Shown here piece by piece: positions 51,860-62,980 of a DNA stretch of 64,000 nt. Source of the DNA: Schizochytrium sp. TIO01 (taxonomy: Eukaryota; Protista; Bigyra: Labyrinthulomycetes). The position numbers and the translations under genes were made by a program. The notes under the pieces are model-generated. The model made no database searches, was not told the DNA's origin, and saw nothing but the letters and a program-made list of their open reading frames with translations. Within the stretch, counting starts at the first letter, position 1. Every line of letters begins with the position of its first letter. The stretch lies in the NCBI GenBank assembly GCA_004764695.1, contig SMSO01000032.1, forward strand, positions 3,628,483-3,692,482, in the 5' to 3' direction.

Positions 51860-53194
51860 TTAATCCACAAACCAGGAGCTTTCGTCAAAAAAGCGCTGGT
51901 AGGCAAGAAAACTAAATCGATCCAAAGTGGATAGAAAGGTTGCCATGTCGTTCAGAGGTTTCGTGCACATCGGGCACTTTTTCGTGTTGAGGCCTTCACT
52001 GCGCAAGCTGCGAAAGTAATTGACATATCCCAGTCGAATTGTAGGACCATATGTTGTTTTGTCTGACTTTCCACGACCAGAATGTGTGTGTTCTTGTTGT
52101 TGCTGTTGTTGGACTGACTGGTCTGCACTCAAATCGAGCGAGGAAGGCGAGGGTGGGCTTGAGTTCATCGAAGAGGTCGAGTCTGGAGATGTAGATGCCT
52201 CGGTAGAGCTTACCTTTCGTTTGGAGCGTAAAAAGGGCATGTAGCGCACAGTAGAAGGAGTTATTGAGGCCTTCTTCTCGTAGGATGCAATCGAGCGCTC
52301 CAGTTTACGCAGTTTGATTGTGAGGAAATTGCGCTTGCCGCGCATGCAGTTTTGCGCAGTCTGGCATTCCTCATAGTTTGCAAAAGGACACTGACAGACA
52401 ACACAACGTGGCGCCTGGAGGTTTAGTTCTTGAACATGCAAATCTGCAAGTCGCAATGATGCTTTGAGTTTGCGGCGTTCCGACCTCAACTTTTCTCGTC
52501 GATCAGATGGCGTATTGCATGATTTACCTCCACCTGTCGCCCCCAAGTTTACCATTGGCTCCCGTGTACCTTCCATCATTGAGTCTTTCACACCATCGGG
52601 TTTTCGCGTTTTCCTTGACGGACTCCGTGTAAGGTCTTCACGACGAGCATACATAGCAGTACTTTGCTGCTGTTGATACTGTTGATACTGTTGTTGTTGT
52701 TCTTGGTGGTGGTGGTGATTTTGCAACTGCTGTTGTTGCTGTTGCTGTTGTTGTTGTTGTTGTTGTTGTTGTTGCTGCTGTTGCTGCTGCTGCTGTTGCA
52801 TATGCAAATGAATTTGTTGCTGTTGCTGCTGGTTTTGGTACTGCTCACGCCCCTGAAAGTTATGATACCTCATCTGCTGCTGCAAATGTTGATGTCCTGC
52901 CGCCGTCTCGGACGTCACAAAATGGCCTCCCATTGGTAGATATGTTGCCGCCGGGCCCGAACCGGTTTGGACAGTGATATTTCCGAGCCTCAGGTCAGCT
53001 CTCGCTGCAGCTGCTGCCTGCTCAAGGTCCATGTGATCATTGTGAACTGAGGAAGTTGTTGCTCCTGCAGATCGGGCTCTTTTGATGCCCGCACTGGTGC
53101 CAGAATATCTTGCCATTGCCGATGATCGGCACGCCTCTGAGTTTCCTGTTGATGTCGCTGCTGTCGCTGTGTACAGCAGCGTCTCGGCGCTCAT
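51860..53194 (-). CDS. Poly-Gln protein with two CxxC (zinc-hook-like) motifs in coiled-coil context, function unknown
   Basis: A 444-codon ORF with ATG at 53194, a long poly-Q tract, basic NLS-like segments, CVVC at 52394-52405 and CPMC at 51965-51976. Confidence 0.8.
   Translation of the reverse strand: MSAETLLYTATAATSTGNSEACRSSAMARYSGTSAGIKRARSAGATTSSVHNDHMDLEQAAAAARADLRLGNITVQTGSGPAATYLPMGGHFVTSETAAGHQHLQQQMRYHNFQGREQYQNQQQQQQIHLHMQQQQQQQQQQQQQQQQQQQQQQQQLQNHHHHQEQQQQYQQYQQQQSTAMYARREDLTRSPSRKTRKPDGVKDSMMEGTREPMVNLGATGGGKSCNTPSDRREKLRSERRKLKASLRLADLHVQELNLQAPRCVVCQCPFANYEECQTAQNCMRGKRNFLTIKLRKLERSIASYEKKASITPSTVRYMPFLRSKRKVSSTEASTSPDSTSSMNSSPPSPSSLDLSADQSVQQQQQQEHTHSGRGKSDKTTYGPTIRLGYVNYFRSLRSEGLNTKKCPMCTKPLNDMATFLSTLDRFSFLAYQRFFDESSWFVD
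52665..52832 (-). repeat. Coding CAG/CAA trinucleotide repeat (poly-Q)
   Basis: Read directly as (TGT/TGC)n on the + strand. Confidence 0.95.
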
Positions 53195-54940
53195 GTCCAC
53201 CCAGTCAAACCTCTCTTGACACCCGAGAGTTTCTTAATCACGTCCCCCAAGCTCACTAAAACCCCTCTGACCAATTCTGACAGGTATATACGTCTTCAAG
53301 GCTGGCTTTGACGTAAAGCTGAGGTCCTGACGAGCGTATAGTCGATGACTTCTAAAGGTGATGAGGATTGTTGATCAATCAATGCCCAGGAAAAATAAAA
53401 CAGACGGTAGAAACTTCAACCCAGGAGACGGGAGAGGAGTCGGCTTAGCTGAGAGAGTGCCCAAGCAAGCTTCCCTGTTTGCTTGCGCGGGGAAGCTGTA
53501 AGCGAGCGCGTTCTCAAGCCGCTTGTTCTTGTTCTTGGTTTTGGCTATATGGTAAATGAGGTTGATCACAAGAGCAAAAGAGCGGATAAAAAGGCCTCTT
53601 CAAGTAATAACGAGAGGAGCCTCTGCACTTTTGCCGCGAAAGGTCTTACCCAAAGCGCACGAACGGAGGCAGAACGGTTGTCGAACAGAGTGATATAGAG
53701 TAATAATAATACCCCAAGCTCGCGGTAGTAGGTCTTCGAGCCAATTTGATAGGCAGCCAACCAGCTCGAGAAAAGGAAAAAAGCAATAAAACTCTTGCTA
53801 GGACCACGTACCTTATGGTTTGTCAGAGCTGCGGAAGAATGAAATAATTGCTACTCTGCCCAGCTCACTGCTTCCGTTCTACTCTCGCAGGCAACGTCTC
53901 GGGATTCTTCTGCTTCTTTGGTAAATCTCGCCCGAAGTCACGAACAAAGTAAACTATAATGCAAGATGTAAATCACAAAATGTAATCTCTGGAATCGTGG
54001 GGTGCAATGCGCAATGCAACCCGTAACACCCCGAGTTCTTCAGAGCTCGCTCACTCGCTCGCTCGTTGCGAACCGATTGCTAACCTATGACCTAAGTGCA
54101 AGGTCAAATTGCAAGCGCGAGCGAGGAACGATGGCAAGCGAGGTAACTACTGCAGCAAGCCAGCAATAACCCAAGCTATCAGCACTTCCTACAAACCACA
54201 AACAACCACAAACAACCAAATCACAAGTTTCCACGAACAGGCCCTTAAAAAACTAGGGTGGGAGCCCAGCCTGAAGTTCTCCCCACTCCTCACCCTTCAA
54301 CAAGGACAGCAATCCACAACAACTCCACCAAGCGACGCAGTCTCCGCAAGAACCGAAGAGATCGAGACCAAAACAAGGCCTACAAGAGACGAATTACGTT
54401 CACTCTGGCGTTCCCTGCGTTCCCTGTGCTTCTCCGTAGTGACTGAATCGGAGACCTTTTTCTCTGTCTCTTTGCTTTCGTCGTGGTTTCCGGCGTTGAG
54501 CGGGTCCTCGGGTTCCGGTTCCGCGGCGGGCTGCAGCTGCGTGAGGCGAGCGCGAGTGTTTGTCCGCAGGCCGCGGAGGGTGCTCGGCGGCTCGCCTGCC
54601 TGCCTTTGCTTTTGCGTCTGCAGCTGCGGAACCTGGCCTCGATCGATGGATAGCTCGCGCGTATTTCTTTCTTTGTTTCTTTGTTTCTTTGTTTCTTTGT
54701 TTGTTTGTCGATTTATTCGAATGGTTCAAAAGTAGTTTCGCGCACTCAATCGAAACAGTCAATCGGGAGAGCGCCGACCCTGCGAAGGAACCGAGTCCGG
54801 CCGCCTTCAAGTGCGCGAGGTGGTGGCCCTGCACCCCAACGATCCGCGGCCCAAATGCCTGCGCCGCGCGCGGGCGGCCCGCCGCGTGAGCGATTCCAGA
54901 CGATTGCGTTCTGGCGAAGGCTTTGTTCTTCCGTGTTGCT

Positions 54941-55020
54941 CATTCATTCATTCATTCATTCATTCATTCATTCTTTTATTGATTCATTGATTCATTCTTT
55001 TATTTATTCATACTTTCATT
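54941..55020. repeat. (CATT)n microsatellite, degenerate at the 3' end
   Basis: Read directly from the sequence. Confidence 0.9.
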
Positions 55021-56864
55021 CCGTATATCTCTCTCTATGGTGAACTTTCGAAATGAAATAAAACAACGAAAGCATTTGATCACTCCCTCACTTAACCAAC
55101 ACATGGTTAAGCAAATTCAGTTTCTTCTTTTCTTGTTAGATAAAAATGAAATAGAAGAGTCATAAAATCGTTGCAAACACATGAGGATCGTTTAGTGGTA
55201 TTATTTTCAAAAGTTAATATTATTATTTCTGTTTCCAAAACTCACCTAAACTAACTTGAAAACCTCAGGCTTTCTCTAATACCTCAAGTCGAAACTAGAA
55301 ACTAGGAGTGAGGCCTTTGCGGGTAGGCATCAGACGTGCTTCTTCGATCGCAATTCAACAACCTTCGAAATACAGCGAAGCAAAACAAGCATCAAACCCT
55401 CTTCTTGCCACACTCATCTGCTGTGCCTTTCTAAGGAATGTATCAATGAATGAATGTATGTATGTACGTACGTAAATTATATCTACAAATCCTTCTGACG
55501 GAATAAAGAAGGACTTTCAGTCCTACAGTTTAGACCTAAACGGCCTTACCTGAGGTGCCTGTTCATGCGCTCAGTGGGAGGCACCCTGGAGGGGACACAA
55601 GTATGGAGTACATTTTAAATTAAAAAAATGAATATTATCATTTTATCCTTTTCTAAATGTTTTCATTGTTGTTGGCTTCTTAATACTTCTTTCTTTCTTC
55701 CACTTTTTTCCTGTTTCCCGCACTTTTTTTCCTTTCTCTTTGCTTCTGTGCGCATCGATGGTCCATCATCTATTCGCATATAGGCTCTTCTCTAGGGGTC
55801 CCTGCTTACAGGTGAGCAGAATCGAAGAAATCGAGATGAAGATGGAGTGGAAGCCCTGACCAAAGCCTCGCAAGCTGCGACGCAAGACCATCCAAAGGAT
55901 TCCAAAAAAAGGTTTATACGGCCGTGGGTTTTGACAGCAGCTCTATTCATCGGCCCGCGATGGAGTAGAATACGTCTCCAACAATCATCCAAGGCATTCA
56001 CGAATCAGAGTCACATCCTCAATTCTTACTAATTCTTACCTTTTTAAAGTGCTTTGCTTTCTTACCACTCTCTCACTTTCTCTCACTTTCTCCCGCCCAG
56101 TTAGGGATCATCTAACCCGCGTAGGCCCTCCTCTCTCCAGTCTCTACAAAGCTCCCTACCCCATTCGCTAGGGCCTTCCCCTTCTATATTATATTGTTGG
56201 AGTAGTACCTATCTACCAAACTGCCTACCAATATTAGCAGGTACTTGCTGGTCCTTCTTTTCTTTCCTTTCCATTGCGACGAATAAAAGACAACCGCAGC
56301 CAACCTTCAGCGTGGTAGTAGTAATCATGCGATCAGTAGGACTGGCGTATTTTAGTACGTGCGCGCGACCGCGTATTTTAATGAAATCAAGCGAAAGAAA
56401 GCTCTTTAAAGAAGCGGAGGTCTCTCTCTGTTTCTCTCTTTCTTTCTCTTTCTTTCTTCGCAGTTGCAAAGGAATCGAGGTGCGCAAATCAATCAATCTT
56501 GCGCATCTCTGGCCTCGCCTGCGCTCTCGGGGCCTGCTCGGGCCCGACAAATGAGAGCCTTGCCAGGGCGCCGCTGAGGCGGCCTCGAGGCTGCGAAATA
56601 GCGCAGTTCGAGAGTCTCGAAAGTCTCGAGATCGTCCATTCTGTCATTGCAAACGAAGAACTGTAGAAAAGAAAGAAAGATAAGAAAGAAAGAAAAAAAA
56701 AGAAAGAAAGAAAAAGAAAGCAAAACTGCGCCTAAAAAAGTTGAAGTATGCAATATCTGTACTTCCTTCCTTATGAAATGATGAAATGAGACGGAAAACG
56801 CTTTCCATGATTTGCCTTTGTTCGAAGTTCTTCTGTTTTGACATCAATGATCGATTAATCAGAT

Positions 56865-56922
56865 TTGATTGATTGATTGATTCATTCATTCATTCACTCA
56901 TTCATTGATTCATTCATTCATT
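56865..56922. repeat. Compound (GATT)n(CATT)n microsatellite
   Basis: Read directly from the sequence. Confidence 0.85.
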
Positions 56923-57378
56923 GAAATTCTAAAACGGGGTCCGCCGAAGAAGAGCTCGCGGCTTTGGGGCGGGCAAGGCGTCTCACAATGTAAAATCAAT
57001 GTCGCTCATGTCTGATTTGGGAATTCGCAAGACTTGGCCATGTCATGTGGCCTGGTCCCCCGCTTGCTTGCTTGCTTGTGGGTGGATGAATGGATGTGTA
57101 GGTGCTTACGCTGGAAGTGACGACGTCTACCACCTCGCGCGAAGTGAGCACTGCAGGCAGCGAGTGATTTCGATACGGGAATTAGGTAAATCAGGCAGGT
57201 AACCAACCTCAATCTGCTTATTAATGCACGGCGCCACAATTTATGAGAGCGCTTTAGTACAAATGACTGCCCGATCAAAACGATGAAATGAAAATGTATA
57301 AGTACACAAATGCAGGAACCGATCTCATGAGCTCTAAAGCCACTTTCTTGCTTGGCATTATCTCCCTCCAAGCAGCCA

Positions 57379-57560
57379 TTGATTGCTTTTTTATTGCTTT
57401 ATGATTGCTTTATGATTGCTTTATGATTGCTTTATGATTGCTTTATGATTGCTTTTTGATTGCCTTTTGATTGCCTTTTGATTGCCTTTTGATTGCTCCT
57501 TGATTGCTTTTTGATTGCTTTTTGATTGCTTCTTGATTGCTTCTTGATTGCTTTTTGACT
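57379..57560. repeat. Minisatellite, ~16 copies of an 11-12 bp unit (TGATTGCTTTA / TGATTGCCTTT / TGATTGCTTCT)
   Basis: Read directly; the unit variants are arranged in blocks. Confidence 0.92.
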
Positions 57561-58194
57561 GACTATTGTCCACGCCGGTTATTTCGCTCGCTGTCAACGT
57601 TGAAATCTGCTGCATCCTGATCCTGCAGCCGAGTTCTAAATCATCACCATCGTAAACCCTTCAACAGCTCTCGTGGCATCGCAGGTCTCCTTCGGCTGAG
57701 CCAATGGGTGCATGCCGTTTTCCACGAGTCTCCTCGCAGAAATTGCCAAACCGTCAAGCTCCTCCATTTACCAACGCAGGTCCACGATTAAGCACGGCTT
57801 TGATCAGAACTCGGACTTTCTTGGCGTTGCTTGCTACAGCTTCTTCTCTTCAACCCTGAATTCTTTGTTGTGGTGCCACTCAGCGCCGCACAAAGTCCCA
57901 GGACCGCGCAGTTTCTGCTAGCCACCTGCTACCGTTCCCGCTAGTCGGCCTTAGCCAGCCTCCCCGGTTAAGTAAGGCCAACAACACTTTCTTCAATGAG
58001 CGATAGCACAGAATGCGCTATAATATATTGAAATAGACATCAAATCGCAAACCAAAGTAAGTATTCCCTCAGGAGATCGACATCGAAGGCTCAAGCTCAG
58101 GCTCGCTCACTGTTGCAGGCTCATGCGGCGTAGGGCACTCCTACTGTCCACCCTCCTCCCGGCCACGCGCTCCTCATCTTTTGTGAGCTCGAGT

Positions 58195-58290
58195 TTTTGT
58201 TTGTTTGTTTGTTTGTTTGTTTGTTTATAATTTAATTGTTTACAATTATTTGTTTATAATTTAATTGTTTGTTTGTAATTGTTTGTTTGC
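58195..58290. repeat. (GTTT)n with a duplicated TTTGTTTATAATTTAATTGTTT unit
   Basis: Read directly from the sequence. Confidence 0.85.
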
Positions 58291-58465
58291 AGATTTGCAC
58301 AATTGCTTCGGCATTCGCGCATTTCTGTTTCTTTTACATCATGCAATACTCAAAGCGCATTGAGCACATGCGATTGCAGATAATAGACACATCGAAGGAG
58401 TGATTGTGCAGTCTTCAACTGGATACAGCAATGCACCGCAAAAAAAGCTCAGGCTCAATCAGGGC

Positions 58466-58510
<45 letters not shown>
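58466..58510. repeat. (GATT)11 microsatellite
   Basis: Read directly from the sequence. Confidence 0.95.
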
Positions 58511-58513
<3 letters not shown>

Positions 58514-60430
58514 GGTGGAATGTGCAGTCTTTTGCAAAACTGGAGAAACCTTGATATTCAGACCTTGCTATTATTAAAACAGTATTCAGTATCCAGATTG
58601 GTCACATCCATCTCGGCTTCGGAGTGGTGAGTGCTAAACAACTAACCTCAGATACATCGAAGGCTTGAGACCTAAAGCGGTGCTCCCTCGCCTCGAACCG
58701 CGACGAGGAGGTCGAGAGGCATCTGCAGCACAGCGGGTGCCAGCGGTTTGGTATGCGAGTTAGCGCGATGATGATAGCTTCTTTGGTCTCTTCACGTACC
58801 TGCGTATGCCAAATTGCTTCTGCTTCTTCGTCCGATTGAGGAAGAAACTGTTGAACAATACATACAATCGCCATTTATATTCTAATGTTCCTCCTTTACA
58901 AAGTTAATCAACCTTGAAAATCAACTTATTGCTGAAAGGGAACACAATGAAAATAAAAACTCAGCTTTAGGCAAAGAATTATGATTTTAATTTGATTAAA
59001 AAAACTAAAAACTAAAAACTAATAACTAAAAAAACCTGATAATGACAAAGAGGAGTTATGAAAATGTGATATGATATGACTTTTTGGAGGTAGATTGACC
59101 AATTAAATTAATTATCAATGCGTTCGCTTGCGTCAACTGAGACCTGCTCCGCTCCACCTGCGCGCTGAAGATACTAGTCTGAAGATAACAGCAGCGAAGA
59201 GCTCATGAGTCTCGGCTATCGAGACGCAGCTCGCAGGGCCTGAGCTGAGAGGCGGTCTTCAGCCAGCTCGGGCAGCAGAGTTCTTTGTTTCAGGCACCGC
59301 GATAATGACTTTGATTGGCTTTTCTTGGCTCTTAAGTTGAGGCCCTCGTACCGGTACCAGAAAGCCTAATTCAGAGGGCGCAGGCGCTGGAATTGGGAAA
59401 CCTGTGTAGGCAGCAAAAAGACATCAGGCGAATGGAATTATCACCAACGCAAAAGGTGCTGCGCCGGACGCAGGTGATGCCTAGCCCAGCTTCAGAATCG
59501 ACGAAGGAGGCAAACTTAATGCGACAACGAGAATGATGCGGATCTCAGAGAGCGATTGACACACAAGCATTCAAGGGAGACAGACCGAGGAGCGCAGTTC
59601 TCTGCTTCATTGTACTACTTACTACTTATGCTTTAACTTGCAAATAACTGTTATAATAAAATTGTAGGCCGCGACTCTTTCGGTATTCTTACATGAATAG
59701 GGAGTTGAAGAACTCACAACTACTTCAAGGTGCGCAGTTCCAACTGAAATATCCTTGTTGTAAACTTTAAGCAAATGCGACTCGGGAGACGTTCCTAGTC
59801 ATCACGATGGAAAGGATTCATTTGGACTAAGAATTATTGCAGTGGATTCCGGTTGTAGTACTAGCTAGTGCTACGAATCGGGGAGTGGGGGTTATTGCAC
59901 ACTCTCTGTTACTGATGCACTTGCTCATGAGCTATAAACTTTCCGTAGGAGCAAAAGCGTAATGACGCGCCTTCAAGGAAGCTGCGGGCAATCACAGACG
60001 ATGCTCAAAGTACGGTATCTTTGATTCAATGCGAAAGAAACAAAGCCAAGAGCGAAGTCCATGCAACAAAAATCAAATCAACTTGGCACGACAAAAATTA
60101 GAATAAGAAAATTATCATCATCATCATCATACATTTTCATCGCGCCTTCTCCACAACTAGAATAAACGTCTCTAGGGCTAATAATATAAATAGGTGGACT
60201 GATTGCAGACCCAAGTATCATGCAAACTTTACTAAGGCATTTATTTCATGGAAGCTCTCATTTGAAGCATTTCGTCCAGAATCTCGCCAGGCTTCTTTGT
60301 ACACAGGCGTGTGCTGCTAGTACCAGCAAAGAACCAAATTTTTACCTCCCCTTGTATAACACAAAGAGAAGGCGTAGCCTTTCGCGACAATTGGGAGGAC
60401 CAATAAACTTTCGACACTCCAAGAGATTAC

Positions 60431-62980
60431 TCAGGAAGACTCCCACTGTCCTTTGAGCGAGCGCTTAAGCAAGGAAAAGGTTGATGACATGTTCGGCACA
60501 ACAGACTTCATCACCGCTTTGAGGCCAACTTGCGCAGGCTCCACTCGTAGCGCGCCAGCCTTGATTTTTGCTGCAACCGAGAGAATATCATTTACATCTG
60601 TCACAGGATATTTTTGGAGAATCTGCAGCGTACCGGCGAAATCACTGCCTAGAAGCGCGTCACGCTGCATATGAAGCATCGCACAGCAGCAGTCAATAAG
60701 GAAACTAAAGCGTTTGTCATCCGCGAAGAGGCTATCCCAAAGTCTTACAGTGTCCGGGAGGGGCAGTTCACGGGACAGAAGCGTTGTAATCCATCTAAAT
60801 GCGAAAAACTGCGGATTAATTTCTAATGCCTCTAAATGAAGCGCCACGGCCGGATCCACGCGTTGGAGCGATTCCATCAGCAACTGCCCGCGGCCGCGAA
60901 TGCCATCCTGGTCAACATCCATTCCCTGCATGTACAAGTCGCGCATGTCACCCATAACTGAGCAGAAGCAGAAGAAGGCGTCTGCCTCGTAATTTTCCTC
61001 AAACTTGAATCGATCAAGCCGAAGGTGCGCCTCGCGACGCCCAAGCTCACTCCTTGTTTCCTCACTATAGTCCAAGGAGGTTGTGCCAAAGGTAAACATG
61101 ATTGGAGCCACCAGCTCATTCATTCCCTGGACGTATTTAATCGCGGGATTTAGCTTGGCATATATAAACAAAATCCGTTCCATTACCTCACATCTCGCCT
61201 CCGCGAAAAAGTGAAATCCCGGATGCGTGCGTTGAGCATCTTTCCAGATGGTCTCACGGAGATCCTCATCCTCTTCATCCTCTACAAATCCAGATTCACC
61301 TACACTAGGCGTGCTGCTTGCAAACTTGGATTTCAATCCGCTTGAGGCTACCCCGAGCTTAACATCTTGGGAATGTAGCGGGTTCCCTTGTTCTTCCTGA
61401 AAGGGGTCACCATCAGAGTTCTGCTTCTGCGCCGATGCTCCCACATGTTTTGCTGAGCTTGGTGAAGTTGAAAGCGGATGGTCGTCTGCATCTTCCACCT
61501 CAGCATCACCGGTATCCCCGGTTTCGTCATGGGTATTATCAGCTGCAATGATATTTTTGCTGTTGCTACTGCTGCTACTGCTCTTTTTATTCATGAGCGA
61601 AACCATAGAGTCTTTACCTAAAGTATCGTCCAGATTAGCTTCGGTTGTAGCTAACGGCAGGTTAGCCTCAGAGGAATTACTTGCGTCCGAAGTCAGTTCC
61701 GGTGCTACTTCTGTTCTCGCAAGGTCGTCAACATGAGGCACAATCGTAGGACTTGAGACCTGCGCAGGCGTGCTTGGACTGCTAGGCTTTCCTTGCCGAG
61801 GGGAGCAAGACGATTTAATGTCTTGTGCACCAAGTTCCCACCAACCTTGGCCTCTAAGTCTTGATGGGCGTGTAGTAGATACATGTGCTTTTTCCTCCAA
61901 ATTCCTCGCAAAGCCTGATGCATGCTGAGACCCTGATCCAGATGCATGTGCGGTATTGATGGAGCCAGCCTTTTCACGGCCCATGCGGCCGAACTCGCGC
62001 TTATACTCCTCATAGAGAGCTCGCTTACGTTGTAAGGTACCAGCCCACTCGTTTATGTCTGGTGGAAGATACCCAAGAAGGACTCGCCAATACACAGGAC
62101 GATACTTTTCTGCAAGGCCATGAAAGCTAACATGGCGTATAATGTCAAGAGACCCAGACTCCAAGGCATCCACATGACGCTCCAAGATCTGTTCTTGGCG
62201 CGATTTACTGCTAACCATTACAAATGTGTCCGTTCCAGCTGGCCCGGATGTGGTTGCCGTTCCCAGTTCAGACTTGTCATCAAAATTTCGAAGTGCTGGA
62301 GGAGGGCCATCTTTTCGCAGGAAGGTTAGTTCAAGAGGTCTTTCGTCGCGCAGCTTGGCAAGAACATGTTTGTAGCTTGCATATGTTTCAACGGGCGTAT
62401 CATCAATCATAATTAACTGATCATACTTCTGCAGACCACACTCGTGTGCAAGACCTCCAGCTGATACTGATGTGATGAGCACGATGAAGAGCTCCTCTAG
62501 TTTATCTGCTCCAGCTGTACGACCATCGATTTCTTGCTGCGCTAGTCCGCGCCCTGGAACTTGTTCATCTTTTCCTTGGCTTTTCCGGTCGTCTTGGTTC
62601 TTCGATCCTTGCATGGAATCCTCAAGACAATTAGAGCTCGGTGGCTCTTTAGCAGTAACATTGAGCCTCGCCATCGGTGATGCTCCATTCTTTTTCGCAA
62701 TAGCCAATAATTTCCTCGCATCAGGATGTGGGAATGATTTTACTTTGGCTCCAAGTTTGGCATCACGAACGAGCTCGAGTCGTACCAGGGTATCCGGTTT
62801 CAGACTTTCGTCAAGCGTTGCACTACTGTTGCTACTGCTGCTGTTGCTACTGCTGCTGTCACTTGCCATTGCGTCTATCGCACTTTTTCCATTCGCAGTT
62901 TCACCAGTGGGTTGACTTCTGACAGATTCATCATTCGCAGAGTCCTGCGCAGCCGAATCTCTCTCAACAGTGGTCGTCAT
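60431..62980 (-). CDS. TBC1D13: TBC1D13-like Rab GTPase-activating protein with an N-terminal PDZ-like domain
   Basis: TBC motifs RPVYWRVLLGYLP, IWKDAQRT (Arg finger), YVQGMNE (Gln finger), EADAFFCF and FFAFRWITTLLSRE...RLWDSLFAD. PDZ-like segment KLGAKV...ITSVSAGGLAHECGLQKYDQLIMIDD...RPLELTF. The ATG (GCCATG) is at 62980. Confidence 0.88.
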   Translation of the reverse strand: MTTTVERDSAAQDSANDESVRSQPTGETANGKSAIDAMASDSSSSNSSSSNSSATLDESLKPDTLVRLELVRDAKLGAKVKSFPHPDARKLLAIAKKNGASPMARLNVTAKEPPSSNCLEDSMQGSKNQDDRKSQGKDEQVPGRGLAQQEIDGRTAGADKLEELFIVLITSVSAGGLAHECGLQKYDQLIMIDDTPVETYASYKHVLAKLRDERPLELTFLRKDGPPPALRNFDDKSELGTATTSGPAGTDTFVMVSSKSRQEQILERHVDALESGSLDIIRHVSFHGLAEKYRPVYWRVLLGYLPPDINEWAGTLQRKRALYEEYKREFGRMGREKAGSINTAHASGSGSQHASGFARNLEEKAHVSTTRPSRLRGQGWWELGAQDIKSSCSPRQGKPSSPSTPAQVSSPTIVPHVDDLARTEVAPELTSDASNSSEANLPLATTEANLDDTLGKDSMVSLMNKKSSSSSSNSKNIIAADNTHDETGDTGDAEVEDADDHPLSTSPSSAKHVGASAQKQNSDGDPFQEEQGNPLHSQDVKLGVASSGLKSKFASSTPSVGESGFVEDEEDEDLRETIWKDAQRTHPGFHFFAEARCEVMERILFIYAKLNPAIKYVQGMNELVAPIMFTFGTTSLDYSEETRSELGRREAHLRLDRFKFEENYEADAFFCFCSVMGDMRDLYMQGMDVDQDGIRGRGQLLMESLQRVDPAVALHLEALEINPQFFAFRWITTLLSRELPLPDTVRLWDSLFADDKRFSFLIDCCCAMLHMQRDALLGSDFAGTLQILQKYPVTDVNDILSVAAKIKAGALRVEPAQVGLKAVMKSVVPNMSSTFSLLKRSLKGQWESS

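Noticed and set aside
57379-57560. Repeat arrays (also 20183-20305 and 18590-18845) as CRISPR-like arrays
   Set aside because: There are no unique spacers between 23-50 bp repeats and no cas genes, and the context is eukaryotic.
53375-60456. Short ORFs in the second desert, including 54109-54735 (208 aa)
   Set aside because: They often have non-ATG starts, are low-complexity or repeat-derived, overlap in several frames and show no recognisable motif.
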